A stretch of 64,000 nt of DNA from Bacteroidia bacterium (GTDB lineage: Bacteria; Bacteroidota; Bacteroidia; UBA4408): the NCBI GenBank assembly GCA_043778625.1, contig JAYWFU010000052.1, forward strand, positions 1,197-65,196, given 5' to 3'. A program made the translations under genes and the position numbers. Below, piece by piece: positions 49,006 to 59,194 of the stretch. Numbering within the stretch: position 1 is the first letter of the stretch; each line of letters begins with the position of its first letter. The notes under the pieces are model-generated. The model ran no database searches, was not told the DNA's origin, and saw only the letters and a program-made list of their open reading frames with translations.

Positions 49006-50361
49006 ATGAAAAAAATATGTTTATATAGTTGTATATGTATATACGTGCTAATTGGCGTGGCATACGGACAATCAAAAAAGGATTTAGAAACTAAAAAAAA
49101 GAAACTTCAATCGGATATTAAGCTTACCAAAAACTTGCTAGAAGAAACCAAGGAAAACAAAAAACAATCGTTAACGCAATTGGTAACGCTTAATAAAAAA
49201 ATAGGAATGCACGAAGAACTTATTACCACCATAAGTTCGCAGGTATCGTTATTGGATAGAGAAATTACCGAAAACACTACCAATGTACAGCAGCTTACTA
49301 CTGAACTAAAAACACTTAAAGACGAGTACGCATTAATGATTAAGTACGCCTACAAAAACAAAGGTACATATGATAGGTTAATGTTTTTAATGTCGTCAGC
49401 TAGTTTTAATCAAGCCTATAACAGATTAAAATATATGCAACAATACAGTACCTACCGTCAAACTCAAGGTAAATTAATACTAAGTAAGCAACAGGAATTA
49501 ATAGCAAAAATAAATGAATTGCATTTGGCCAAAGGTGAAAAAGTAACACTAGTGGTGGAACAAAAAAACCAAGTAGGCGAGCTTAATGGCGAAAAACAAA
49601 CGCAAGAAAAATCGCTAGTACAATTACAACAAAAAGAAAAAGAATTAAAAAACGAGTTAAAGAAAAAACAAGACGATGCCTATAAGTTGCAAATAGCCAT
49701 ACAAGCCATAATAGAAGAAGAAATACGCAAGGCTAGAGAATTAGCCATTAAAGAACAAGCCAGAAAAGCAGTTGAGTTAGCTGCTGCTAAAGAAAAGGAA
49801 CGTTTAGCTCTAGAGAAAAAAAATAATTTAAAAAAAGATAAAAAAGATCCTAAAAAAGAAATAGAAAAACCTATTGCAGTAAAGGAAATTAAAGTGGCCG
49901 AGCCTAAAGCCAATGTATTGCTATTAACGCCTGAGGCTCAAAGTTTAAGTAATTCGTTTGAAGCCAATAAAGGTCGCTTGCCTTGGCCAGTGGTAGAGGG
50001 CGTTATTACAAGTAAATTTGGTGTGCACGACCATCCAGTACTCAAAAACATTAAAGTTAAAAACGACGGAGTAAACATTAGTACCAAACGAGGAGCAGGT
50101 GTACGCGCAATATTTGAGGGTGAAGTTACTGGCGTGGTAAGCATACCTAACGCTGGCAAGGCAGTAATAGTGCGCCATGGCGATTACCTAAGCGTATACA
50201 CTAACCTAAGCGAAGTAAATGTTAAAAAAGGCGATAAGTTAAAACTGAAACAAGCCATTGGTGCCGTAAACGTGGACGAGGATAACAAAAGCGAATTTCA
50301 ATTACAGATATGGAAAGGTAGCAATACCCTTGACCCACAAAGCTGGATTTATGATAATTAA
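49006..50361 (+). CDS. Coiled-coil M23 family metalloendopeptidase (EnvC-like murein hydrolase activator)
   Basis: 451 aa. Long coiled coil. C-terminal M23 motifs 'GVNISTKRGAGVRAIFEGEV', 'VIVRHGDYLSVYTNL'. Confidence 0.8.
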   Translation: MKKICLYSCICIYVLIGVAYGQSKKDLETKKKKLQSDIKLTKNLLEETKENKKQSLTQLVTLNKKIGMHEELITTISSQVSLLDREITENTTNVQQLTTELKTLKDEYALMIKYAYKNKGTYDRLMFLMSSASFNQAYNRLKYMQQYSTYRQTQGKLILSKQQELIAKINELHLAKGEKVTLVVEQKNQVGELNGEKQTQEKSLVQLQQKEKELKNELKKKQDDAYKLQIAIQAIIEEEIRKARELAIKEQARKAVELAAAKEKERLALEKKNNLKKDKKDPKKEIEKPIAVKEIKVAEPKANVLLLTPEAQSLSNSFEANKGRLPWPVVEGVITSKFGVHDHPVLKNIKVKNDGVNISTKRGAGVRAIFEGEVTGVVSIPNAGKAVIVRHGDYLSVYTNLSEVNVKKGDKLKLKQAIGAVNVDEDNKSEFQLQIWKGSNTLDPQSWIYDN

Positions 50362-50365
50362 ACCT

Positions 50366-51091
50366 ATGAGCATGAGTATGAGTATGAACACAACCGCAAT
50401 AGTATTAGCAGGAGGCTTAGGTACACGCTTACGCACAGTAGTAACAGATGTACCCAAACCTATGGCATTGGTTAATGGGAAACCTTTTTTGTATTACGTG
50501 CTTACACAATTACATCAGGCGGGCATTACGCACGTGGTGTTATCAGTAGGGTATAAATGGGAAACTATACGTAATTATTTTGGGCAAGAGTTTAACAGAA
50601 TTAAAATTGAGTATTGTGTAGAGGAAGCCCCTCTTGGCACGGGAGGGGCTATTAAAGCTGCCATGCAACTGTGCACTACTGCTAATATAGTAGTACTTAA
50701 TGGCGATTCTATTTTTAATTTTAATCTACAACAATTTATTAATAAACCATTAACTACCCCTGTGGCTATGGCAATACGTGTGGTGAATGATGCCGCGCGC
50801 TACGGTACAGTAAGCGTTGATGCTAAAGGTAGCATTACTCATTTTGTTGAAAAAACAGGCTTAATACAGCAAGGCACTATTAACACAGGAATTTATTTAA
50901 TTAATAAGCAACAATTTTTAGATAATTGCCCCAGTGAAAATAAATTTTCGATTGAGCAAGATTATTTTCAACACATTGTGCAACATCAACACATACAAGG
51001 CTATATGGCACAAGGCTACTTTATTGACATAGGTATACCTGAAGATTATGCACGTGCACAACACGAACTACACACGTCATTTAACCTATAA
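50366..51091 (+). CDS. Sugar-1-phosphate nucleotidyltransferase (HddC/GMP-like, heptose or mannose-1-P guanylyl/cytidylyltransferase)
   Basis: Start moved to 'MSMSMSMNTTAIVLAGGLGTRL' (G-x-G-T-R nucleotide-binding loop), which begins just after the M23 peptidase stop. Confidence 0.75.
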   Translation: MSMSMSMNTTAIVLAGGLGTRLRTVVTDVPKPMALVNGKPFLYYVLTQLHQAGITHVVLSVGYKWETIRNYFGQEFNRIKIEYCVEEAPLGTGGAIKAAMQLCTTANIVVLNGDSIFNFNLQQFINKPLTTPVAMAIRVVNDAARYGTVSVDAKGSITHFVEKTGLIQQGTINTGIYLINKQQFLDNCPSENKFSIEQDYFQHIVQHQHIQGYMAQGYFIDIGIPEDYARAQHELHTSFNL

Positions 51092-51105
51092 AAACTCTAG
51101 CGCTG

Positions 51106-51651
51106 ATGAACTTACAACACCTGCAAATTAACAAATCGTGGACATTATTCTTGGATAGAGATGGTGTAATAAACGAGCGTGTAGTAGGCGATTATGTAAA
51201 GCAAGTAGCCGAATTTGTGTTTACCCACAATGCGTTATTCGCAATTAAAAAACTAAGCAAACTTGTAGGGCATACTATTGTAGTAACTAACCAACAAGGC
51301 ATAGGCAAAGGCTTGTACACTCACTCTGCATTAGCACAGGTACATGCACACATGCTAAGTAATGTAGTGGCAGTGGGTGCAACAATTGATGCAGTATATT
51401 ACGCCCCCGATTTAGCAGCTGATAACAACTTACTCCGCAAACCTAATATTGGTATGCCATTGCAAGCGCAACAACAATTTACAGATATTAATTTTACTAA
51501 AAGTATAATGGTAGGCGATAGCCTCTCAGACATGCAAATGGGGCGCAACATAGGCGCAGTATGTGTTTGGGTAGGCACTGATGTTATTGATGCACAATGG
51601 TTCGATTATCAATTTAACTCACTATGGGAATTTGCACAGTGCAAATTTTAA
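51106..51651 (+). CDS. gmhB: D,D-heptose 1,7-bisphosphate phosphatase-like HAD-IIIA hydrolase
   Basis: 181 aa. 'LFLDRDGVINE' DxD motif, 'VVTNQQGIGKG', 'GDSLSDMQMG'. Confidence 0.75.
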   Translation: MNLQHLQINKSWTLFLDRDGVINERVVGDYVKQVAEFVFTHNALFAIKKLSKLVGHTIVVTNQQGIGKGLYTHSALAQVHAHMLSNVVAVGATIDAVYYAPDLAADNNLLRKPNIGMPLQAQQQFTDINFTKSIMVGDSLSDMQMGRNIGAVCVWVGTDVIDAQWFDYQFNSLWEFAQCKF

Positions 51652-51657
51652 AACTTA

Positions 51658-53265
51658 CTAAACACTAGTTGTATTTTTTGGAGTTGTAGTGCTAGGCAAA
51701 TATTGAAACAAAAATAAATTAAGCATTAACCCATAAAAACCAACACCTGCTTGGGTTTCAAGGGTATCTTCATTTAAAAATGATAGCAAAATAATTACTG
51801 CAAATGCACTAAATAATTTGTTATTGCCTATCTGCTTGGCAATAAATAACCAAGCTAATACAATACACAATACCCCAATTACCCCAAACGTAGCCAAAAA
51901 AGTAAGGAATTGATTATGGGCATGAAACCAGTTTTTTTCGGCCAAAGGTACTTGTAATGCTTTATATACTTGCTGTGTAGCAACTTCTATATTACCTGTA
52001 CCCACACCTATTAATTTATGTTGCTTAAATACCTGCCAAGCGGTACGAGCAAAATATACGCGCATAACTACTGAGTGTCCGTTAGGCGTAAAACCCATTT
52101 TGTAATTATTATACTCGTACAATAATTCGTACAAACGCCCTAATGGGTTTAATTTGTTTTGATACAAATAATTGGGCACACCTCTGTTAATGCTTGCTAT
52201 TTCGGCATTTGAAAGTGCTAACACTCCACGAGCATCTTTGGTTAAATGTTTGGAAGCCAAAAAGCGTAGCACAGTATAATGTTTACCTGTTGTACGATTT
52301 TTCCCTGCAAATAAAGAGTCGCCATGGGTACGTAATAGCCAGTATTTTTTTAGTTCATCTAGGTTAACACAACTATCAATTGATGCTCCGTTTTCGCACA
52401 TTCCACCAAAGCTAGTGGTGTGGTACCCATGTTTGTATAATGTATTATTAGGCATAGTTAATACCGAATTGGGTTGGTAATAAAAGCCTGCATTTATTGT
52501 ATTTATTTTATTAATTAATACACTTACTAACATAATTAAAAGTAATGTACCAGCTACCAACCATTTAGTTTGACGGTGGACTACCGCTAAATACAATGCT
52601 CCAACGCCCACTAACATTACAATAATAACAATACCTGTAAGCGATTGTAAGAATATTAAAAATGCTATAAACACTACAACGCCACTAGCATAATACATTT
52701 TATAACTTGCAGTTGTAAAATAATAGTAGATGCATACTGCTACACAAAAACAAATAAATAACGAAAACCTAATGTGAGATATAAACATAGATATAGCACG
52801 AGGCTCGTGTATGTGGCTAACCACAACATTTGCCAAGCAAATAAGTATAGCTACTAAGTTAGCCAGTACAAAAAAATGTAATACCACTTTTATCATTCGG
52901 TAATTAATAGCAGCCGTTTGCGCCATTACCAATGGTATTAATAATAGTGGTAATTTGTGGCGTAAATCGTGCAGGGCATAATGCGTAGGTGCTGAGTATA
53001 ATACGCCCAATAACGTAATACCAAAAATAGTACTGCTAGCTACTAGCTTGTATTTGTTAAGTTTAAGCAACTGCCATTTTAATTGCCAACGTGGGTCGGC
53101 TAACCATACACCTACAATCCAAAATACACTCATGCCCGTAAGCCACTTGCTTAATGGTAGCCCAATAGCCAATAACACAAAACCAACGCTATACAAAGTA
53201 TTGTGTAGCGTTGGTTTTGTAAATAATTTAATTACTGTGTTACGTGTATTTTGTAATAGTTGCAT
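51658..53265 (-). CDS. O-antigen ligase / polymerase family membrane protein (Wzy_C)
   Basis: 535 aa, multi-TM. 'NWFHAHNQFLTFLATFGVIG' matches the O-antigen ligase H-x-H-N motif region. Confidence 0.6.
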   Translation of the reverse strand: MQLLQNTRNTVIKLFTKPTLHNTLYSVGFVLLAIGLPLSKWLTGMSVFWIVGVWLADPRWQLKWQLLKLNKYKLVASSTIFGITLLGVLYSAPTHYALHDLRHKLPLLLIPLVMAQTAAINYRMIKVVLHFFVLANLVAILICLANVVVSHIHEPRAISMFISHIRFSLFICFCVAVCIYYYFTTASYKMYYASGVVVFIAFLIFLQSLTGIVIIVMLVGVGALYLAVVHRQTKWLVAGTLLLIMLVSVLINKINTINAGFYYQPNSVLTMPNNTLYKHGYHTTSFGGMCENGASIDSCVNLDELKKYWLLRTHGDSLFAGKNRTTGKHYTVLRFLASKHLTKDARGVLALSNAEIASINRGVPNYLYQNKLNPLGRLYELLYEYNNYKMGFTPNGHSVVMRVYFARTAWQVFKQHKLIGVGTGNIEVATQQVYKALQVPLAEKNWFHAHNQFLTFLATFGVIGVLCIVLAWLFIAKQIGNNKLFSAFAVIILLSFLNEDTLETQAGVGFYGLMLNLFLFQYLPSTTTPKNTTSV

Positions 53266-53283
53266 TACTATAGCTAACGCAAT

Positions 53284-54999
53284 TTATTTCTTTTTAGTAT
53301 TGCTTTTTTTATCTTTGTTTTCAATACTTGCCACAGGCTTCAACAAACTACTGTATTTATCTTTGTCATTCAATACTTCAATTGCGTTGGCAACATCAGT
53401 ATCGTGTGCTAATGTGTTTTGCGTGCGCCCTTTTTGGTAGTAATAGCGTGCCACAATTTCACTTTCTAACAAGCGTTTTACCTCGACTTTAAAGGTTTCT
53501 AAATCCTCTACTTTGTTATGTGTTAATTTAATTTTTAATGCATCGTACTCGGCTTGCGCACGGTCAAAATATTTTTCATTTTCGGCACTTTCTTTTAAGT
53601 CTTTTAATAATTTTTCGCTTTTGGTAGTATAGTCATATTCTTTGGATGCTGCGTATTCGCAAAACTCTTTATAGTCTGCATCAGTTAACGCAAACTCTTT
53701 GGCTGATGCTATTGTAGCGTGCTTTAAGCGATAGGTAGTTGCATAGTCAAACAACACACTTTTATTAGCAAGGCTAGTTGCAATTTTACTATATACTTTG
53801 GGTGTAGTTTTAATATCGGGCAATACTCCTCCACCATCGTACACGGTACGCCCACTTTTGGTTTTAAAGGGTTTCATTAAGCTGTCGGGTACTTTACCCA
53901 CACTACCATCTTCGTTACGGTTGGTATAGTCCAAGGCTTGTATGCAACGTCCGCTTGGTATATAATATTTAGCAATAGTAATTTTAAGCTGTGCGTTATA
54001 GCTTAGCTTACGAGTATTTTGCACTAATCCTTTACCAAATGTACGTTGCCCAATAATTACGCCTCTATCCAAATCCTGTATAGCGCCTGATACAATTTCG
54101 CTGGCTGATGCTGAGCCACTACTCACTAACACTGCTATTGGTACTGATTGATCCAACGGAGTATTAATTGTTTTGTACGTTTTTTCATTTTCTTTTACTT
54201 TACCACGTGTTACTACTACTTCCTGTCCTTTATCCACAAATGTATTTACAATATTTACGGCTTCGTTCAGTAGCCCACCAGGGTTACCACGTAGGTCAAG
54301 TACTATGCCTTTAAGATTGTCGTTCTTTTTTAAATCAATTACAGCCTCTTTAATTTCGCCCGAAGCATTTTCGGTAAATCCGCTCAAGGCAATGTAGCCA
54401 ATAGTTTCGTTAAGCATACCGTGGTAGGGTACGTTTTTAATTTTAATTTCTTCGCGTGTAATTTTCTTTTCCAAGTTTTTAGTTTCTCCTTCGCGCTCTA
54501 TCATAAGCGTAACCGTAGTACCTGGCGCACCTTTGAGGAGTTTACTTACATCATCACTTTTTTTGCCTTTCATTGATTTACCATCAATTTCAATAATTTT
54601 ATCGCCAGCACGTAAGTCAGCTTTAAAAGCAGGATAGTTTTCATAAGGGTCGGCTATAATTACGTAACCATTGTTGGTACGAATAGTTGATCCCACGCCT
54701 CCATATTGCCCAGTGGTCATAAAACGATAGTCCTCCACATCGGATTCTGGAATATAGTTGGTGTAAGGGTCTAACGACTCCAGCATTTCGTCAATGCCTT
54801 TTTTAATCATTTGCCCAGGCTTAGTTTCGTCCACGTAATACATATTTACTTCGCGAAACAGGCTTGCAAAAATATCGAGATTTTTAGCTATTTCAAAGTA
54901 AGCTTCGTCAGGTTTATTAAGTGCTAGTAACGATACAGAACCCGCTAATACTAGCGATGTAACTACTTTGCGTTTATGATTTTTGAATATTGATAGCAT
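53284..54999 (-). CDS. ctpA: S41 family carboxyl-terminal processing protease (PDZ + S41)
   Basis: 571 aa. PDZ 'GDKIIEIDGKSMKG'. S41 catalytic 'VLVSSGSASASEI' and 'TFGKG'. Confidence 0.9.
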   Translation of the reverse strand: MLSIFKNHKRKVVTSLVLAGSVSLLALNKPDEAYFEIAKNLDIFASLFREVNMYYVDETKPGQMIKKGIDEMLESLDPYTNYIPESDVEDYRFMTTGQYGGVGSTIRTNNGYVIIADPYENYPAFKADLRAGDKIIEIDGKSMKGKKSDDVSKLLKGAPGTTVTLMIEREGETKNLEKKITREEIKIKNVPYHGMLNETIGYIALSGFTENASGEIKEAVIDLKKNDNLKGIVLDLRGNPGGLLNEAVNIVNTFVDKGQEVVVTRGKVKENEKTYKTINTPLDQSVPIAVLVSSGSASASEIVSGAIQDLDRGVIIGQRTFGKGLVQNTRKLSYNAQLKITIAKYYIPSGRCIQALDYTNRNEDGSVGKVPDSLMKPFKTKSGRTVYDGGGVLPDIKTTPKVYSKIATSLANKSVLFDYATTYRLKHATIASAKEFALTDADYKEFCEYAASKEYDYTTKSEKLLKDLKESAENEKYFDRAQAEYDALKIKLTHNKVEDLETFKVEVKRLLESEIVARYYYQKGRTQNTLAHDTDVANAIEVLNDKDKYSSLLKPVASIENKDKKSNTKKK

Positions 55000-55560
55000 A
55001 GTGCAATTATTTTAATTATAATGTAATGTGAGCGTATTTAAAATACGCTATTAATTTCATATCAAATGTAGAAAAAATAGTTGGATAGTTGTAATTAGTA
55101 ATCAATAGCGTGCTAATCGATTAAAAATAAAAAAATAAGAGAACGTATTTAAGTAGGTAGTTTACAATTTAAGAATATTCACAACTGTATATTTACACTT
55201 AAAATTTTATCTTTCGTATAAATAGTAGCAACGCGTTGGGGCTACACTAATTGGTAACCCCAACAAACAAATAATATAAAACTTAAGTAATATAACTGCA
55301 GGCTTGCCTAAATTTTGTGTTAGTTAAAATTGGAGTAAACGGATTGTTTGATTTAGCAAAAGTAAGCCCTTGGATTTTTGCGGTAGAAAGTGTATAATTG
55401 TGTACATGCAACATAAGCAGTAACACTACGAGCCCGCAATTGCACATTTAATTTTGCTAAACACATAAGCCTAGGCTTAACAAAACCAAAAGAGCTAAAT
55501 TTTGCCCCTGTACCACAACCAAAAGTTGTAAATTATAAAGAGTAAAACAACAACAAACAC

Positions 55561-58500
55561 ATGACTTTAGACCAGTACATTCAAAACATAAACCAACGCT
55601 ATAAGTTAGGAAACGCCACAGAACATACTTTTCGTGGCGATTTGCAACAACTGCTCGAAAGTGTAGTGCCCGAAATTAGAGCAACCAACGAACCCAAAAG
55701 ACAAACCTGTGGCGCACCCGACTATATTCTTACCAAAAAAGAAATTCCTGTAGGTTTTATTGAAGCAAAAGATATTGGCGACAAAGACCTTGAGGGACTA
55801 AAAAAAACAGGAAACAAAGAACAGTTTGACCGTTATAAGGCCTCGTTGCACAACCTAATATTTACTGACTATTTAGACTTTCATTTATACATTGACGGAG
55901 TATTTGTAACTAAAATTGCAATTGCTCAACTACACAACGGAACCATTGTTCCGTTGCCTAACAACTTTGCTGCATTTACAAACCTTATCAAAGACTTTTG
56001 TGGTTATATTGGGCAAACGATAAAAAGCTCGAAAAAACTGGCAGAAATGATGGCGGGCAAAGCACGCTTACTTTCTGATGTTATTGAACAAGCGTTAACA
56101 AGTGATGAAGTTAAAAACGAAAACAGCACGCTTAAAGACCAAATGAACGCCTTCAAGCAACTACTTATTCACGACATTACCCCCAAAGGCTTTGCCGACG
56201 TGTATGCCCAAACCATTGCTTACGGTATGTTTGCGGCGCGCTTGCACGACCCTACTTTACCTACTTTTAGCCGACAGGAAGCTGCCGAGTTAATTCCAAA
56301 ATCAAACCCATTTTTGCGCAAACTGTTTGGCTACATTGCAGGCCCCGATATCGACGACCGTATAAAGTGGATAGTAGATAGCTTGGTGGAAATATTTTTG
56401 GCGTGCAATGTAGCCGAGATTTTAAAAAACTACGGAAAAACAACAAAAATGGAAGACCCAATCATCCATTTTTACGAAACTTTTTTGAGTGAATACGACC
56501 CTAAGCTCCGTAAGGCACGCGGTGTGTGGTACACGCCTGCACCCGTTGTAAACTTTATTGTGCGAGCGGTGGATGATATTTTAAAAACAGAATTTGATTT
56601 GCCCAACGGACTTGCCGATAATAGCAAAATAAAAATACTAGTAGATGTACAAGGCAAAAAAACTGAACAAGAAGTACACAAAGTACAACTACTTGACCCT
56701 GCCACAGGTACAGGAACTTTTTTGGCGGAAGTGGTAAAACACATTCACAAAAAATTTGAAGGCCAGCAAGGCATTTGGAGCAAGTATGTAGAAACCCATT
56801 TATTGCCTCGCCTCAATGGCTTTGAGTTGCTAATGGCAAGTTACGCAATGGCACATTTGCAATTAGATTTACTACTTACCGAAACAGGCTACAAGCCAAC
56901 AACCGACCAACGACTTAGAGTGTATCTAACCAATAGTTTGGAAGAAAGCCACCCCGATACCGGTACCCTGTTTGCCAACTGGCTAAGTACCGAAGCCAAC
57001 GAAGCCAACCATATTAAACGCGACACGCCCGTAATGTGTATTATTGGTAATCCGCCTTATGCCGTAAGTAGCACAAATAAAAATGAGTGGATTCAAAGCC
57101 TAATTGCAGATTATAAAAAAGACTTGAATGAACGTAAAATAAATTTAGATGATGATTATATAAAATTTATACGCTATGGACAGCACTTTATTGATAAGAA
57201 TGGAAGTGGCATTTTAGCATACATTTCAAACAACAGTTTTATTGATGGTATTACACATCGTCAGATGCGCAAAAATCTATTAGAAAGCTTTGATAAAATT
57301 TATGTTCTCGATTTGCACGGTAGTGCTAAAAAGAAAGAAACTTGCCCTGATGGTAGCACCGACCAAAACGTTTTTGACATAATGCAAGGCGTAAGTATAA
57401 ATTTATTTGTAAAAACAGGCAAGAAAAAACCTAACGAACTAGGTAAAGTACTACACTATAGCCTGCAAGGCATGCGGGAGATTAAATACGACTTTTTAAC
57501 CCGCAACACATTACAAACACTTCCTTGGCAACAACTACAATATATTCAACCCAATTATTTTTTTGCACCTAAAAATTTTGATGGTGCAGTTGATTATGAA
57601 AAAGGATTTAAAGTAGATGAATTGTTTGAAATAAATTCAAACGGAATAGAAACACATAAAGATGAACTAACAATTCAAGATAGTCTACAAAAAATTAACG
57701 TAATAAAAAAAGATTTTGAGAATCTTACCGAAGACGAAATAAAATTAAAATTTCTTATTTCAAAAGAAGGTAGGGATTGGAAAGTTGTGACAGCTAAAAA
57801 TGATATTATAAAAAATAATCCACTTGTATCAAAAATCTTGTATCGCCCTTTTGATGAGCGTTATACTTTATATACAGGTACTACAAAAGGTTTTTTTGCG
57901 TGGCCTAGAAATAACGTAATGAAGGAATTTGTTGGGAAAGATAATATAGGGTTTTGTGCTAAAAGACAAAACATTCATTCCTTTTCATACGTTTTTTTGG
58001 TAAATAAAATTACAGAGTCTTGTGTATTTGAAAGTGCATTTGCAAAAACTAATATTTTCCCTCTTTACCTTTACTCTGATACGAGTGGTCAGTTAGGGTT
58101 ACAGGAAAGTAGTGAGAGAACGTCAAACCTAAACACCGAAATTATAAAACAAATTGCAGAGAAATTGGGTTTAACTTTTACGAATGAAAAAGAAACAACC
58201 AAAGGCACATTTGCACCCATTGACATTTTAGACTATATATATGCAGTATTGCACAGCCCAACGTACCGCTCAACCTACAAAGAGTTTTTAAAAATAGATT
58301 TTCCTAGAGTACCCCATCCTAAAGACAAAGAAACGTTTTGGCAATTAGTAAAACTGGGCGGAGCAATACGACAACTACATTTATTAGAAACCCCAATAGT
58401 TGAAAAATATATTACCCAATATCCAATAGATGGCAACAATGTAGTTGGTAAACCAAAATACCAAGACGGTAAAGTGTACATTAACGACACCCAGTATTTT

Positions 58501-58686
58501 GCCAACGTGCCGCAAGTGGCTTGGGAGTTTTATATTGGAGGATATCAACCCGCCCAAAAGTGGCTCAAAGACCGCAAAGAGCGCACGCTTGAATTTGACG
58601 ATATATTACATTATCAAAAAATAATAGTAGCACTTTATGAAACGAATAGGCTAATGAAAGAAATTGATAAGATTGAGATTAACTAA
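55561..58686 (+). CDS. Type IIG/IIL-like single-chain restriction-modification enzyme (N-terminal PD-(D/E)xK nuclease, gamma-class N6-adenine methyltransferase, C-terminal target-recognition region)
   Basis: 1041 aa. N-terminal 'GAPDYILTKK...GFIEAKD' fits PD…(D/E)xK. AdoMet motif I region 'LDPATGTGTFL'. Motif IV 'IGNPPYAVSS' (NPPY). ~350-aa C-terminal domain. No companion genes. Confidence 0.7.
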   Translation: MTLDQYIQNINQRYKLGNATEHTFRGDLQQLLESVVPEIRATNEPKRQTCGAPDYILTKKEIPVGFIEAKDIGDKDLEGLKKTGNKEQFDRYKASLHNLIFTDYLDFHLYIDGVFVTKIAIAQLHNGTIVPLPNNFAAFTNLIKDFCGYIGQTIKSSKKLAEMMAGKARLLSDVIEQALTSDEVKNENSTLKDQMNAFKQLLIHDITPKGFADVYAQTIAYGMFAARLHDPTLPTFSRQEAAELIPKSNPFLRKLFGYIAGPDIDDRIKWIVDSLVEIFLACNVAEILKNYGKTTKMEDPIIHFYETFLSEYDPKLRKARGVWYTPAPVVNFIVRAVDDILKTEFDLPNGLADNSKIKILVDVQGKKTEQEVHKVQLLDPATGTGTFLAEVVKHIHKKFEGQQGIWSKYVETHLLPRLNGFELLMASYAMAHLQLDLLLTETGYKPTTDQRLRVYLTNSLEESHPDTGTLFANWLSTEANEANHIKRDTPVMCIIGNPPYAVSSTNKNEWIQSLIADYKKDLNERKINLDDDYIKFIRYGQHFIDKNGSGILAYISNNSFIDGITHRQMRKNLLESFDKIYVLDLHGSAKKKETCPDGSTDQNVFDIMQGVSINLFVKTGKKKPNELGKVLHYSLQGMREIKYDFLTRNTLQTLPWQQLQYIQPNYFFAPKNFDGAVDYEKGFKVDELFEINSNGIETHKDELTIQDSLQKINVIKKDFENLTEDEIKLKFLISKEGRDWKVVTAKNDIIKNNPLVSKILYRPFDERYTLYTGTTKGFFAWPRNNVMKEFVGKDNIGFCAKRQNIHSFSYVFLVNKITESCVFESAFAKTNIFPLYLYSDTSGQLGLQESSERTSNLNTEIIKQIAEKLGLTFTNEKETTKGTFAPIDILDYIYAVLHSPTYRSTYKEFLKIDFPRVPHPKDKETFWQLVKLGGAIRQLHLLETPIVEKYITQYPIDGNNVVGKPKYQDGKVYINDTQYFANVPQVAWEFYIGGYQPAQKWLKDRKERTLEFDDILHYQKIIVALYETNRLMKEIDKIEIN

Positions 58687-59194
58687 CAGTATAAAATTAA
58701 ACACAAAATGATTAGAAAATTAAACGAACACCATATTACATAATTACTTAGGCTTAAAAAGACTAGTATAGGTTACCAACTAATTGAAACAAAAAGCATA
58801 ATTATTATTGTGTATTATACCTTATTTCGTGAGGATGCGAACTAAGGCGGAATGTGTTATTTTTAAATACAAATTATTTTATAATAAAGCCGTGTAATCC
58901 TCTTTTATTTCATCCCAACAAATAACAACATTACTATATTTGTGCTTAATGATAAACAACGACCCGACTTCAGATGCTATATAGCGGGTTCTTTTTTGAA
59001 ATCAGATGTGACAGCTCTAAATTAGGAGTAAAATTATTACTTTTATGCTAACGAAAATTCGTTTAGGACACTACTAATTAGTAATTTTAATGGCCTATAA
59101 AACCACTAATTTAATAGTTGATTTTGGGGTGTATTTATATAAAGAATAATTTATTAACATTACACCGAGTGTTAATCAAAAAAAAAATCAAGCC

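Noticed and set aside
55000-55560. Long intergenic region upstream of the Type IIG gene checked for an integrase remnant, direct repeats matching 58687-59194, or a small ORF
   Set aside because: No convincing ORF. I could find no repeat shared between the two flanks by eye. Contains only short hairpins (e.g. agcgtattt/aaatacgct).
56267-56744. Minus-strand ORFs inside the Type IIG gene
   Set aside because: Embedded antisense in a gene with strong motif support.
58687-59194. Long intergenic region scanned for tmRNA / RNase P / SRP / tRNA-like structure
   Set aside because: No GGTTCGAATCC-type T-loop, no acceptor or CCA arrangement, and no recognisable conserved ncRNA cores. Only a weak hairpin plus T-run near 58968-59006, plausibly a terminator.
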